From NCBI GenBank assembly GCA_030390025.1, contig CM059431.1:151344001-151408000 (forward strand): a stretch of 64,000 nt of DNA, given 5' to 3'. Made by a program: the position numbers and the translations under genes. Under the pieces are notes generated by a model. The model was not told the DNA's origin and searched no databases. It worked only from the letters and a program-made list of their open reading frames with translations. Origin of the DNA: Squalus acanthias. Taxonomy: Eukaryota. Of the stretch, positions 24,701 to 37,739 are shown piece by piece (the stretch's first letter is position 1; each line of letters begins with the position of its first letter).

Positions 24701-25440
24701 ACACGGGGAGTTATAGACCGGTAAGCCTGATATCGGTAGTGTGGAAAATGCTAGAGTCCATTAAAAATATGTAATACAGAGCACTTGGAAAACAGTGACA
24801 GGATCGGACAAAGTCAACATAGAATTACAAAAGGTAAATCATGCTTGACTAATCTACTGGAATTTTTTGAGGAAGTAACTTGCAGAATTGATAAGGAAGA
24901 ACCAGTGGATGTGGTGTATCTGGACTTTCAGAAGACTTTCGATAAGGTCCCGCATAAGAGATTTGTGTGCAAAGTTAAAGCACATGGGATTGGGGTTAAG
25001 GTACTGTCTTGGATAGAGACCTGGTTGGCATACAGGAAGCAAAGAGTTGAAATAAACGGGTCTGTTTCCGAATGGCAGGCAGTGACTAGTGGGGTACTGC
25101 AGGGATCGGTGCTAGGACCCCAGCTATTCACGATAAATATAAATGATCTAGACGAGGGAACTAGATGCAATATCTCCAAGTTTGCAGACGACACAAAGCT
25201 GAGTGGGTGTGTGTGCTGTGAGGAGAATGCAGAAAAACTCCAGTGTGATTTTGACAAGTTGGGTGACTGGGCAGATGCATGGCAAATGCAGTATAATGTG
25301 GATAAACGCGAGGTTATCCACATCGGTGGCAAAAACTGGAAGACAGATTACTATCTGAACGGTAAATAGATTGAGAAAAGGATACGTGCAACGAGACCTG
25401 GGTGTCCTTGTTCACCAATCGCTGAAGGTAAGCATGCTGG
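21706..25440 (+). mobile_element. CR1 LINE stack forming the right arm of the inverted duplication
   Basis: RT ORFs 22298-22912 and 24785-25369; junctions mirror those of the left arm. Confidence 0.9.
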
Positions 25441-28355
25441 AGCAGCGCGCACTATATCAATGCAAATTCTTTCTTTCTCTGATTAATACCATGGGATCTT
25501 CCAAATCCATCTGAGAGGGCAGACCTTAATGGAAGGAAAAATTGTCAGGGATGTGTAACGTGGCAGCCGTTTCGCTATCGCCCGTTTCACAATATCGCAC
25601 GAAGTCAATATTACCTGATTAGCACTGCATTTAGTCTCAAAACAGTTCGCGGGCTGGGAAATGCACCGGTGTGAATGCTGGGCTCACTGACTGGACTCGC
25701 AAAGCAATAGTGTCTTGGTGATACGCTGGAGAGTTCCTGGCACCCACGCTCTGTGAACGAAGATAACACACAGTGAGGGGGAAGGAGTGAACAAAACCGG
25801 CCTTTTTCAATATATTTGCAGAATGCTTCATTTATTGTAATGCAAAGTCAATCCCCTTACAGTATATCAGGACACAGAACGTCAGGAAGCTATTGCCCGG
25901 TTACTTTTAATCAATATCTACTAAAAGAGTCGCTTCAGGTTATGTTTTTAAATCTTTACGGCATCAGAGGTTTGCAGATGATACAAAAAATGGCCGTGTG
26001 GTTGATATGAAGAAGAAAGCTGCAGAATGCAGGAAGATATCAATGGACCGGTCAGGTGTGCAGAACAGTGGCAAATGGAATTCAGTCTGGAGAAGTGTGA
26101 GGTAATGCATTTGGGGAGGGCTAGCAAGGCAAGGGAAAACACTATAAATGGTAGGACACTGACAAGTTCAGAAGATCAAAGGGACCTTGGAGGGCATGTC
26201 CACAGATTCCTGATGCGATACTTGCATTTATTAACCGAGGCATAGAATATAAGACCAGGGAAATTATGCTTGAACTGTCTAAGACACGAGTTATGCCTCA
26301 GCTAGAATACTGCGTGCAGTTCTGGTCACTACATTACAGGAAGGATGTGATTGCACTATAGAGGGCACAGAGGAGATTTACGCAGATGTTGCCTGAGCAT
26401 AAACACAAGCACAGAGAATTAGGGACGAATGGCCTGTGTCTGTGTTGTAGACTCGCTGTAACTGGATCATATGAAATAAAGTTGGCAGCATTTTCCACTA
26501 TATAAAAGCCACTAATGGTCAACCAAATTAACTGAGTAGTTGTGCAACGCTTTTCAAAGTGATATGGCCGGTAAAAACATGCAAGGTTTATTTCAAATAT
26601 TGCCTTATCCAAAACTCCGAAAGCTGCAAGCGAGGAGTTGGGACAAAACATTTGAGAGAGGAAAGAGAACTTTAGTAAATGTGGCAGGAAGCTTTGAGAA
26701 GGAAGAGTCATACAGACTGACACCGACCCGCACACAGAAAGACTTGTTCGAGTCAATCAATCGAACTTCAGTAGATGCACTCAGATTGTAGCCAGCAATG
26801 GAAGCAGTCATTGACGTTTCCCCTGAGATGTGATCTGATTGGGCGGCGTTTCAGGAAACTGGCAATCTGTCGTCACATACTGAAAATGATTCATATTTAT
26901 ATTCACATTTTTATCTCTCGTAAACCTCCCCGGTGACAGTCCGATTAGACAATTATTTACATTTGTCACCCTCACTTGAACAAATAGATTGAGACACCAT
27001 CTGGTGTTGTTTTGACGTTATTTAATCGGTTAAACTCTTTATATGCACTACCTGAAGGTTGATAAAGGAGAGACTGAGTACATTGAGTGATAGAGGGTGT
27101 CACCAGCAGAGGGAGATAGATAATGGCGTGACTGAGTACAATGAGTGAGACAGAGAGACACCAGCAGAGGGAGAGAAATACAGGGGAGACTGAATACTGT
27201 GATAAACAGAGGCACCAATAGAGTGAGATAGATAAAAGTAAGACTGAGTACAGTTTTCTGCTTATAAAGTCCAGTTGAGGCCGAACCAGTGTTTTATAAA
27301 AGTTTAGTATAACTTCCTGGCTTTGTACTCTATTCCTCTATTAATAAAGCCAAGGATACCACATGCTTTTTTACCAGCCTTGGAAACTTGTCCTGCCAGC
27401 GGCAAAGATTTTTGAATATATACCCGATTTTGGCCTTTATCTCAAGTTGGCTGAAATATGATGAGGTGGATGTATGTTACCATGTTAAAAAGATCTGTCT
27501 AGAACCCATTTAAGTTTATGGATTTAGTTCTGGGTAACGCACCTCAGGAAGGACAAATTGGCCTTGGACAGATTTCCGCGCACAGTTCCCAGAATTATAC
27601 CGGAGCTAAAAGGGTTATATTATGAAGACAGGCTGAATAGACTAGGCTTGTATTACTTTGAGTATAGAAAATGAAGGTATGATCTAAATAACCTACTTTA
27701 GATGATGAAATGAGTGATATTTTAGTTAGAGATAAACGATTTGCTCCGGTGGAGGAAAGCAGATCAAGGGTCTTAACGTTGAAATTAGAGCTAAGCCGTT
27801 CAGGGCTGATGTCACTAAGCATTCCGTCATATACTGGGAAGTGGAAATCTGGAGCAAAAACATGATGAGGCTGGGGCTCAATTGAACATTTCAAAACTGA
27901 GGTTGGCAGATTTTTGTCTCGGTAGTATTCTAAGTGTTAGGAAGCTAAGCCGGGTAGATGGATTTATGATGCAGATCAATCATGATATGACTGAATGGCG
28001 GAATAGGCTTGAGGGGCTGAATGGCCTACTGCTGTTGCTATAATCCTAGAAAAAGATTAGGTGCTGAGATTAAGGAGCAGGGATTCATATTTTGGAGAAG
28101 GGATGAGATTGAGGAGTAGCGATCAGTTTGAAGACGAGTTCAGATTCAGAAGAAAGAGTAATTTCAGTCCTGAGGAGACTCGGGGCAGGTTGATGGCTGT
28201 TAGTGTATTTGAGATAGAATATGCTGAGAAGAGGTGTCGATCTGAAGCAATGGGTTGACGGCGCGTGTATGCAGAGGGTGGCTGTGGGCAGGAAGTGAAG
28301 GGAATGTAATTCTCTGGCACAGCCAATCAGTATCGCTGTTTCGGTAAAGTTTAGA

Positions 28356-28428
28356 GACCTGATTGGTCAGTCGATAGAGCTTCAGACTTTTCATCTGAGG
28401 GTCCAGGGTTTAAGTCCCTGTTCGTGCG
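28356..28428 (+). pseudogene. tRNA-Lys(TTT) pseudogene, copy 3
   Basis: CAGTCGATAGAGCTTCAGACTTTTCATCTGAGGGTCCAGGGTTTAAGTCCCTGTTCGTGCG. Confidence 0.9.
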
Positions 28429-28636
28429 TTGCTTAAGTCAACGGAAACACCATTTGATTTACACTTTAAAGCTCCGACTTTGATTATAACCTATCACTAA
28501 AGTCGGTTTGTATTGCAAAAAAAAATGAAAAATGTTCATTTATTATATAGAGGCTGCGGGAAAGATCAGCGTGAATTACTCATGTTTTATGGCGCTATAG
28601 GGAAGTAAGATTTGAAAATCTTAAAATAAAGGAATA

Positions 28637-28708
28637 GCCGGAGCACGCACTTGAAACCTGCACCCTCATATTTAAAATGTGGTGCTGCTCCGACTGTGAT
28701 AACCAGGC
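28637..28708 (-). pseudogene. Diverged inverted tRNA-Lys-derived pseudogene (b)
   Basis: Paralog of 7106-7177; reverse complement contains CAGTCGG...TTTTAAATATGAGGGTGCAGGTTTCAAGT. Confidence 0.75.
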
Positions 28709-29109
28709 TCACATTTTCAATTTCACACAGCGACTTCCACTGGCTGACATGGAACATTACATCTTTCACATTCCGTATTTCCCACGACATTAATCCCGCG
28801 TGTATAACGCATTTCTCTCAGACACCCTCACTCACTACCTGCCACAGACATCACTTCTCAATTACTGTCCCACCCACCCATTTCGCGCTCTTTAACAGCG
28901 CAACAATCCAGTACACAGCGCACTGTAACGGCTTCAGTTTGCATTAAGAAACAGTTCAATCTGTTTCTGTAAAGTGTGCTGTCGGGAATGGAAAAAAATG
29001 ATCAGAAAAAGCACAATCTTTAAAAGGCTCAAATGCTAAAAGCTGTACAAGGCCAAAGAACGAAGCTGAATTTATTGATGATTATTGATAATCAAATAGC
29101 AAAGCATAT

Positions 29110-29587
29110 ATCAGACTGATACCTGGGATGGCAGGAATGACGTATGAAGAGAGATTGGATCAATTAGGCTTACATTCGCTCGAGTTTAGAAGAATGAGAG
29201 GGGATCTAATTGAAACTTATAACATTCTAACAGGACTAGACAGACTAGATGCAGGAAGGATGTTCCGTTGGCGGGGGAGTCCAGAACCAGGGGTCACAGT
29301 CTAAGGATATGGGGTAAGCCATTTTGGACTGAGATGAGGAGGAATGTCTTCTCCCAGAGATTGGTGAACCTGTGGAATTCTCTACCTCATAAGGCAGTTG
29401 AGGCCAATTCATTAAATATATTCAAGAAGGAGTTAGATATATTTCTTAAGGCTAAAGGGATCAAGGTATATGGGGAGAAAGCAGGGACAGGGTACTGAAT
29501 TTGGATGATCAGCCATGATCTCATTAAATGGCGGAACAGGCTCGAGGGGTCGAATGGACCACTCCTGCTCCTATCTTCCATGTTTCT
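29110..29587 (+). mobile_element. 5'-truncated CR1 3' end
   Basis: SRTRGHSLRI...LWNSLP plus 3' UTR; interrupts sequence that is contiguous at ~7570-7590. Confidence 0.88.
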
Positions 29588-29629
29588 GTCTGCAAATTGG
29601 GAAGTGAAGATGTGGGGTAAAGGCTAATG

Positions 29630-32600
29630 GAATCATAGAATGATACAGTGCAAAAGGAGGCTGCTCGGCCTATCGTGCTTCTGGCGTCTCTTTGGTATTG
29701 CAATCCAATTAATCCCACTCTTCTGCTGTTTTCCATTGCCCGGTAATTTCTTTCCCTTCAAGTATTTATCCAATACTCTTTCCAATGTTACTATTGAGTG
29801 TGCTTTCCCCATACTTTCCGGCAGTGCATTCCAGATCACAATAACGCGATGTGTAAAAAAATGTTTCCTCATGTCATCTCTGGTTCATTTGCCAATCATC
29901 ATCAATCGGTGTCCTCTGGTTACCGAACCCTCTGCCACTGGAAACGGTCTCTCCTTATTTACTCTATGAAAACCATTGGTGATTTTGAACACCTCTGGCG
30001 AAACTCCTCTTCTCCTTCTCTGCTCTAAGTAGACCAAACCCAACTTTTCCTGTCTAGTCGCATAAGTGAACACCCTCATCCAGGGTAGCATTCTTGTAAA
30101 TCCCATTTGCACCCACTGCAGAGCCTTGATATCCTTCCTAAAGTGTGATGCTTAGAACAATAATCCAGCTGACGCCTATACAATTATATTTTTATAGTTT
30201 TAGAATAACTTCCTTGCTTTGTACTTTCTTCCTCTATTAATAAAGTAAGGATCCCATATGATTTTAACTACTTTCTCAAATTGTCCTGCTCTAGTGTCAT
30301 AGAGTCATAACGTCACAGAAGGAGGACATTCGGTACATCGAGTCCTTGCCGGCTCTCTGCAGAGCAATCCAGTCAGTCCCATTCCCCAGCTCTATCCCCG
30401 TAGCCCTGCAAGCTTATTTCCCTCAAAGGCCTATCCAGTCTCCCCTTGAAAACATTGAGTGTCTCCACTTCCACCAATTCCATCGGCAGCGAATTCCAGG
30501 TCATCACCACTCGCTGCGTAAACAAAATCTCGTCACTTTCCACCTATATCACTTGCCCAAAACCTTAAATCTTTGTCCAGTCGTCTTTGCACCATCAACT
30601 ACTTGGAACAGCTGTTCCCCGTCTAGCCTATCCAAACCCGTCATAATCATGTACACCTCCATCAAATCACCCTTCAACCTCCTTTGCTCTAATGAAACAA
30701 ATCCAGCATTTCCAAACTCTCATTGTAACTAAGATCCACCATCCCCTTAACCATTCTGGTAAATCTACTCTGCAGCCTCTCAAGGACATTCACATCCTTC
30801 CTAAAGTATGGTGACCAGAAGTGGAAGCAATACTCCAGTTGTGGCCTAATCAGCTCTTTATAAATGTTCAGCTTAACTTCTCTATTTTTGTACACAATAC
30901 CCCTATTTATGAAACCCATGATCCCACATGCTTGGCTAACCACTCTCTCAATATGTCCTGCCAACATCAGGACCAATGCACATTAACTCCCAAGTCCCTC
31001 TGTCCGTGCACTAACTTTAAATCTGTGCCGTTAAGTGTATATTGCCTCTTCCTGTTCCTTCTGCCAAAATGCATTTCCTCACACTTCTCTGTATTAAATT
31101 CCATCTGCCACTTGTCTGTCCATTCTGCTAACCTTTTTACTTCCTGTTGCAGTCGATTGGTATCATCCTCACTTTTTGCCACACCCCCAAATTTGGTGTC
31201 ATCGGCAAATTTAGAGATTCTACTTTGTATTCCAATATCTAGGTCATTTATATATATCAAGAAAAGCTCTGTCCCCAGCACTGATCCTTGGAGAATACCA
31301 CTGTCTACCATCCTCCAGACTGAAAAACAGCTATTTACCACAACGCGCTGTTTTCTGCCCTTAAGCCAATTCCTTATAAAAGCTACTAGTGACCCACCTA
31401 TTCCATCAGCCACACTTTTGTTAACCAGCCTTCTATGTGGTACTTTGTCAAATGCCTTCAGAAAATCGATACAGACAACATCCATCGCATTCCCTTCATC
31501 CATCCTCTCTGTCATCAAAAAATAGGATTTCATTAGTCAAACATGATCTGCCTTTTTCAAATACGTGTTAGCTCTCCTTCATTAGCTTAAACCTTCCAAG
31601 TGCCCGTGAATGTTTTCCTTGAATATAGTTTCTAAAACTTTACCCACCACTAATCTTACCAGCCTGCAGTTACTAGGATTGTCCTCAGACCCTTTCTTGA
31701 ATTATGGTGTCACATTTGCAATTTTCCTCCCCCGCATCTAGAGAAGATTGGAAAATTATGGCAAGCCCTTCCGCTATCTCCTCCCACAATTCCCTTCGCA
31801 ATCTGGGATGCAAGCCACCTGGACCAGGCGACTTAGCCACTCTAAGCATAACCAACCTTTCCAGTACATCCTGTCTGTCAATTTTCAACCCTCCATTGCT
31901 TCTAATTTTTCCACTGCTACCGATATTTTGTCAGCATCCACCTCCTTAGTAAACACCGATACGTAGTACTCATTGAGTATTCCAGCCTTGCCCTGCGACT
32001 CTAAGCATATGACTCCTTCCATGTCGCTAATAGGCCCCACCCCGCCTTTTACTTTCCGCTTACTGTTTACAAGCCTTTAGAAGATTTTTGGGTTCCCTTT
32101 TATGTTAACAGCCATTCTAATCTCATGTTCTCTCTTTGCCAATCTTATTTTCAGCTTCACTTCCCCTCTCAACTTATTGTATATGGTCTGATTCTCCCTT
32201 GTAGAATTCACCTGACTTACATCATAAACCCTCTTTTTTGTTTCATCATCTTCTCTATCTCCCTCGTCATCCAAGGAACCCTTGCTTTCGTTCCCTTAGC
32301 CATCACTCTTATTGGAATGTACCTAGCCTGTACGTGGAACATATCCTCCTTAATGATCACCCATTGTTCCGTTACAGTTATTCCTGTCAGTCTTTGGTTA
32401 CATTTTGCCCTGGCTAGATCCTTTCACATCCCACTGAAGTTAGCCCTATTCCAGTTTAGATGTTCCACTCTAGATTGTTCTTTGCTCCTCTCCATTGCTA
32501 TATCTTATGATGCGATGATCACTCGTACGCAAGTGTTTTCCCACAGAGACTTGATCGACCTGTCCCAACTTATTGCCCACCACCAGATCCAGTAATGCTT

Positions 32601-33070
32601 CATTCCTTGTTGGGCCAAGAACATACTGGTCAAAGAAATTCTGCTGATCACATTTCAGAAATTCCTCCCCTGCCTTTCCCTTTACCCGACCAATATCCCA
32701 AACAATATTTGGATATTTAAATGCCCCCAATAACACCACTCTGTAGCTCTTAAATATCTCTGCGATTTCCCTGCAGATATGCTCCGCTACATCTGTCTCA
32801 CCATTTGGAGGCCTAGATAATACCCCCAATAGTGTGATCATGCCCTTTTTGCTCCTCAACTCTAACCAAATGGATTCTGCCCTTGACCCCTCAAGAACAT
32901 CCTCCCTTTCCAAGACTACAATGTCTTCCTTAATCAGAACCGGCACTCCACCTCACTTTTTTCCTTCCCTATCTTTTCTAAACACCTTGTAACCTTGAAT
33001 ATGAAGGGCCAAGTCCTCACCGTTTTTGAGCCGCATTTCCTTTATTGTCACAACATATTATTGCAGAACA
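29630..33070 (-). mobile_element. CR1 LINEs (3' fragment ~29630-30290; long EN+RT copy ~30295-33070)
   Basis: RT ORF 30967-31533 (FADDTK); EN ORF 32470-32946 (SDH). Confidence 0.9.
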
Positions 33071-33582
33071 TCATATTTCCACCTTCAAGGATTAGTGTAC
33101 ATAAACCCCCGGTGGTGAGATTAAGGAGAAGGTAGTCAGATTTCAAAGGGGAGTGGGATAAGTATATGAAAGAAAACACATTGCAGAGGTACGGGGACTG
33201 GGCAGTGGAGTGGGACGAGCTGAGCTGCTCTTGCAGAGAGCAGGCAAGGGAGCGACGGAGTGAATGGCCTCCTTCTGTGCTGCAATCATTCTATGATTCT
33301 ATGATTTGACAGAAGTGATCACATTGACGAGTAGGGATCAGATTATTGAGTAGGAATCAGATTGAAGAGAAGAGTTCACATTCAGGAGAAAGGCTCATTT
33401 CAGTTCGGAGCTGACTCGTGGCAGGTTCATGGTTGTTAATGTGTTTGAGATAGAATGTGCTGAGAAGAGGTGTCGAGCTGAATCCATGGGGTGACGGTGC
33501 GTGTGTTCAGAGGGCAGAAAATGAAGGGAATGTCATTTCCTAACACAATCACTCAGTGTCTCTGCTTCGTTCGCATTTCGGA

Positions 33583-33657
33583 TCCCAGATAGCTTAGTGG
33601 CTAAAGCATCAGACTTTTAACCTGAACTAAACCATGGTTCAAGTCCTTGTTTGGGTG
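33583..33657 (+). pseudogene. tRNA-Lys(TTT) pseudogene, copy 4
   Basis: ATAGCTTAGTGGCTAAAGCATCAGACTTTTAACCTGA...GGTTCAAGTCCTTGTTTGGGTG. Confidence 0.85.
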
Positions 33658-33764
33658 CTTTCTCAATTAATGAAAACAGCAATTTAAGCACTGGTTTTGG
33701 GTTATAACCTATCGCAACAATAGATTTAAATTGAAAATATCAGTGTATTTTATTGAGACAGCAG

Positions 33765-35210
33765 GACAGGGAGAAATCTAGAGTAGGAATGTTTAACCAG
33801 GACAGGGCCAATTTCAGTGAGATGAGGACTGATCTAGCCCGGGTAAACTGGAATCAAACATTGTCAGGCAAAACTGTCGTGGAACAATCAGCTACCTTTA
33901 AAGAATAAATAGTTCGAGTACATTCCCAAAAGGGGGAAAAGGTAGGGCAACTAATGACAGGGCTCCCTGGATGACGAAGCAGATAGCCAATATGATGAAG
34001 CAGGTAAAGAGCGCATATGGCAGATGTCCGGTTGCAAATACATCTGAGAATCAGGCTGTATATAGAAAGGGCAGAGTAGTAGTGTAAAAGAAAATTAGAG
34101 TGGCAAAGGGAGGGTATGAGTTCAGAATGGCAGCCAACATAAAAGTTAACCCTAAATTCTTCTATAGGCATATAAATAGTACAAGGGTAGCAAGAGCAGG
34201 TTTGGGGCCGATTTGGGACCAAAAAGCAGACATATGCATAGAGGCAGAGGGTATGGTTGAAGTACTAAATGAATACTTTCTATCTGTCTTCAACAAGAAA
34301 GAGAATGCTGCAATAGACATAGTGAAGGAGGAGGTAGTGGAGACACTTGATAGTGTAAGAGTTGATAAAGAAGAGATATTAGAAAGGCTGTCTTTACTTA
34401 AAGTAGATAAATATCAGGAGCGGATGGGATGCATCCTAGGATGCTAAGGAAATTGAGGGCGGAAATTGTGAAGGTACTGGCTGCTAAAATTCTAATCCTC
34501 CATGTATACAGGGTGGTACCAGAGGACTGGAGAATCGCAAATGTTACACCATTGTTCAAAAAAGGGTGTAATGATATTCCCACCAACTACAGGCCAGTCA
34601 GTTTAACCTCCATAGTGTGGAAGCTTTCAGAAACATTAATCGCGGCCCAAATTAACAGTCACTAAGATAGGTATGGATTAATAATGAAAGACAGCACGGA
34701 TTTGTTGCAGGCAAATCAAGTTCAACCAAATTGATCGAGTTTTTTGATGAGGTAACAGTTAGGGTTGATGAGGTAATTGCAGTTCATGTGGTCTACATAG
34801 ATTTCCAAAAGATGTTCGACATAGTGCCACATGATAGGTTTGCCAGCAAAGTTGAAGCCCATGGAATAAAATGGACAGTGGCAACTTGGACACGAAATTG
34901 GCTAAGCGACAGGAAGCAGAGAGCAGTGGTGAACCGTTGTTTTTCAGACTGCAGGAACGTATAGAGTGGTGTTCCACAGGTGTCGTTTCTAGGACCACTG
35001 CTTTGGTTGATACATATTAATGACTTGGACGTGGGTGTACAGGGCACAATTTCAAAATTTGCAGATGACACAAATCTTGGACGTATAGTGAATAGTGAGG
35101 AGGAGAGTGATAGACGTCAGGAAGACATAAACAGGCTTGTGAAATGGGCGGACACGTGACAGATGCAATTTAACAGAGAAAAGTGAGAAGTAATACATTT
35201 TCATACAAAG
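33765..35210 (+). mobile_element. CR1 LINE, interrupted by the ERV (continues at 40596-41345)
   Basis: PEDWRIANVTPLFKKG and NYRPVSLTS; frame resumes after the 3' LTR as RHYKLNGT...LVRPQLEYC. Confidence 0.92.
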
Positions 35211-35761
35211 TGTAAGAGTAAAAATTTAATTGTAATAATGTAAGGGCAAATCAGTTGTAATGTTTAAGATTTGTTGAAATGCTTAAAGGACTATAGTAAA
35301 GGTCAACGTATCTCCCGAAAGCTACAAACAGATCGAGACAGGGGTATAATTAGATAAAACACCAGCTTGCTTGGTCTGTGGTATAGACAATACAGACACT
35401 GCAGAACAAAAACGTGAATCATTGTTTTCTAAAAGAAACTAACCTCGAACAGGCGTAAGAATGAAACCTTGCAGCGCATTTGGCAGAGCAAAAGCAGAAG
35501 TTCAGAATGGGTTTCGCTAACATTGTAAGATTCTAATCAAGTTGTTTTTAGAGATCCTAAGGGTCGCTCATGTTGCAATAACTGTGCTAATGTTTGTATT
35601 TTCTGGCTTCTTGAATTGTTAAAGAAGCTTGGCTGCCACTATTAAATTGAGAAGCTGGTCCTTAGACCGCAGGCTATGACCCTTCGCCCAGAGCGCTTTG
35701 AATAACAAACTGTGATCTTTTGCTTTGAGACAGAATCGAGTGAATTAATTTTTCACCAACA
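35211..35761 (+). repeat. 5' LTR
   Basis: TGTAAGAG...CCAACA termini; direct repeat of 40045-40595; ATTAAA polyadenylation-like signal at 35641. Confidence 0.96.
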
Positions 35762-35763
35762 AT

Positions 35764-35781
35764 AGGCGTATTCGGCAGGAT
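35764..35781 (+). promoter_or_regulatory. Primer binding site, tRNA-Ser type
   Basis: AGGCGTATTCGGCAGGAT matches 16/18 of TGGCGTAGTCGGCAGGAT, the complement of the vertebrate tRNA-Ser 3' end. Confidence 0.85.
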
Positions 35782-36144
35782 GCTCCGGGACTGAACGACC
35801 GCCCGTACCAGTGAAGCCGGATGAGAAGTCAAATTTTGACAGTCCTGAAATTGAGTCACTTGGGATGGCGGAGGGACAGTTGCGTAGCATCACGAATCAA
35901 GGAAAGTCTGTGAGACGTAGGAGAACACAGTTGTGTGAGTGTGGATCGCGTATACTTAGGGAACACTGTGTAGCGATAAATGTTGTGAAGGTATGAGTGA
36001 TTGACTGATCGACACGGACAAGGAGGGCGCCTGTCTCACACACCTAGCCTGAGCATGAATTAAGCGGGCAATTGGGCCACACATAATGGCCAGGATTAAG
36101 TAGGCATAGAGAACCAAAGAACCCTAGGATCGTGAAGTCAATAA

Positions 36145-36149
<5 letters not shown>

Positions 36150-36175
<26 letters not shown>
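36150..36175. repeat. (TG)n microsatellite in the ERV leader
   Basis: Direct reading. Confidence 0.95.
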
Positions 36176-36176
<1 letters not shown>

Positions 36177-36271
36177 TGTAACTACATAACCGCTTAATGT
36201 CTTTTAAGGTATCAAGAACTAACCCAATTAGAGGAACTCAGCATTTGGTAGGACTGAAAGTTGGACTATAT

Positions 36272-36720
36272 ATGGCGTCGGGGAAATAAATAGAATGGGG
36301 ACCAGCGGGATCCCTCACTAGGTTCTATGCAGACGAACGGAAGGGTATAGTTGATAAAATGAGAAAGGAGGGGTGGGACATGCTCCAGAATCCGAAGGCA
36401 CAAAGAGAGTGGTGGGAAAGTCAAAAATAGAAAAAGGCAAAAAAGGCGGGGCTGATACTCGTACACCAGTTGGTCACAGTAACTAATAAGGTGCAGCGAC
36501 TCTACACTAAACTTGCAAGTAAAAATGAAAGAATTCTTGAAGTAGAACAAGAGCTATTATTATACAAATTAGGTTGCAAGTACTGTCTCACTCTGCGGGA
36601 TTAAGGAAGAGACATACCTCTGACAACACAAGTTGCAAGTGCGGTCTCACTCTGCGGGAGTAAGGAAGAGACTTACCTCTGACAACAATCAACCAAGGGA
36701 AGATGAGTAAGAAAGTGTAT
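36272..36720 (+). pseudogene. Probable gag N-terminal remnant
   Basis: Position after the leader; interrupted purine-rich frame MASGK*IEWGPAGS...REWWESQK*; no capsid or zinc-knuckle motif visible. Confidence 0.4.
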
Positions 36721-37739
36721 GAGTCGGGAAACAAACCGACATAAAACTCAAGATTTGCTAAGTGACAGGAACCTTAAACATGTTGGTATCTCAGTTTGAG
36801 TGAAAGTGTGTTTGTTAAAGAGTGAAAGTTTGCCTAACTGTGAATGTTTCAGAAGTCACAGTATTACTTTTGTCTGAAAGGCTGTCTTTAAAAAAGTGGA
36901 AGTCATTTTTGTTTTAGCTCCACCCACTCTTTTGTACAAAGAGCTAACAGCTGTTTAACCCTTTGAAGACCTGTCTTGAATGATGGACCAGTGTGTGTTG
37001 TTTTAAGTTTGTTAATTGTTTAACAAAAGATAAGCTTCAGCCTTGAAGTCACAGTTGGCAATGTGCCTGGAAGAAAATGAATTTCAATGTTTACAAGGCA
37101 TGAATAATTGTATCTTTGTTAATGTGGTCTCTTTCTTTTCCAAGTGAACTTGGTTAGTTTAAAAAAACTGATCTGGATTGAATAGGAGTTAGAGGTGAAT
37201 TAACCTATTAAAACCAAACTTTCATTGTGGCCACGGTGAAATACTGGTTGGTGTAAATTTGTGTAGACCGCATTGAATAAGATTGTGCACCCAGAATTGA
37301 AACAAAACTTCAAACTACAATTTAAGTAAAGCTGGTGTGTAAAAACTGAGAAGGAAAACAAAAAGATTGTTTAACAAAAGAGTAAGTTTCAGTCTAAGAT
37401 TTAACATTGGGGTCGCGGTTGCTATGGTGGAATCATCCAAAGCAATTTATTTAAATGTGAAAAACTATTTTTTTCTCCAGTTGTCTGCAACAACTTTAGT
37501 ATGGCTGAACGAAATTTAAAGATATTGGACCTTATTCAATTTAAGTGTCTAAATTTTAAGTTAGGATTTCCACACAGTGATGGAAGGAAAATGAAGATTT
37601 GATAAATTAACCCCTTGGGCTCTTAAACAGAACTATATCAGATAGCCGGAAAGCAAAGTGGGAAACAATCCTCTGACCAAGAGATGGATCAGTATTAATA
37701 CAAAAACATACTGGAATAAACCCAGCATCCGGAATATTA

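Noticed and set aside
30821..31525. Long ORFs antisense to CR1 RT (also 14834-15226, 18714-19091, 24928-25332)
   Set aside because: Recurring shadow frames of CR1 ORF2 with no independent gene features
35764..35781. ERV primed by the surrounding tRNA-Lys array
   Set aside because: The PBS matches tRNA-Ser, not tRNA-Lys, and the provirus sits inside a CR1
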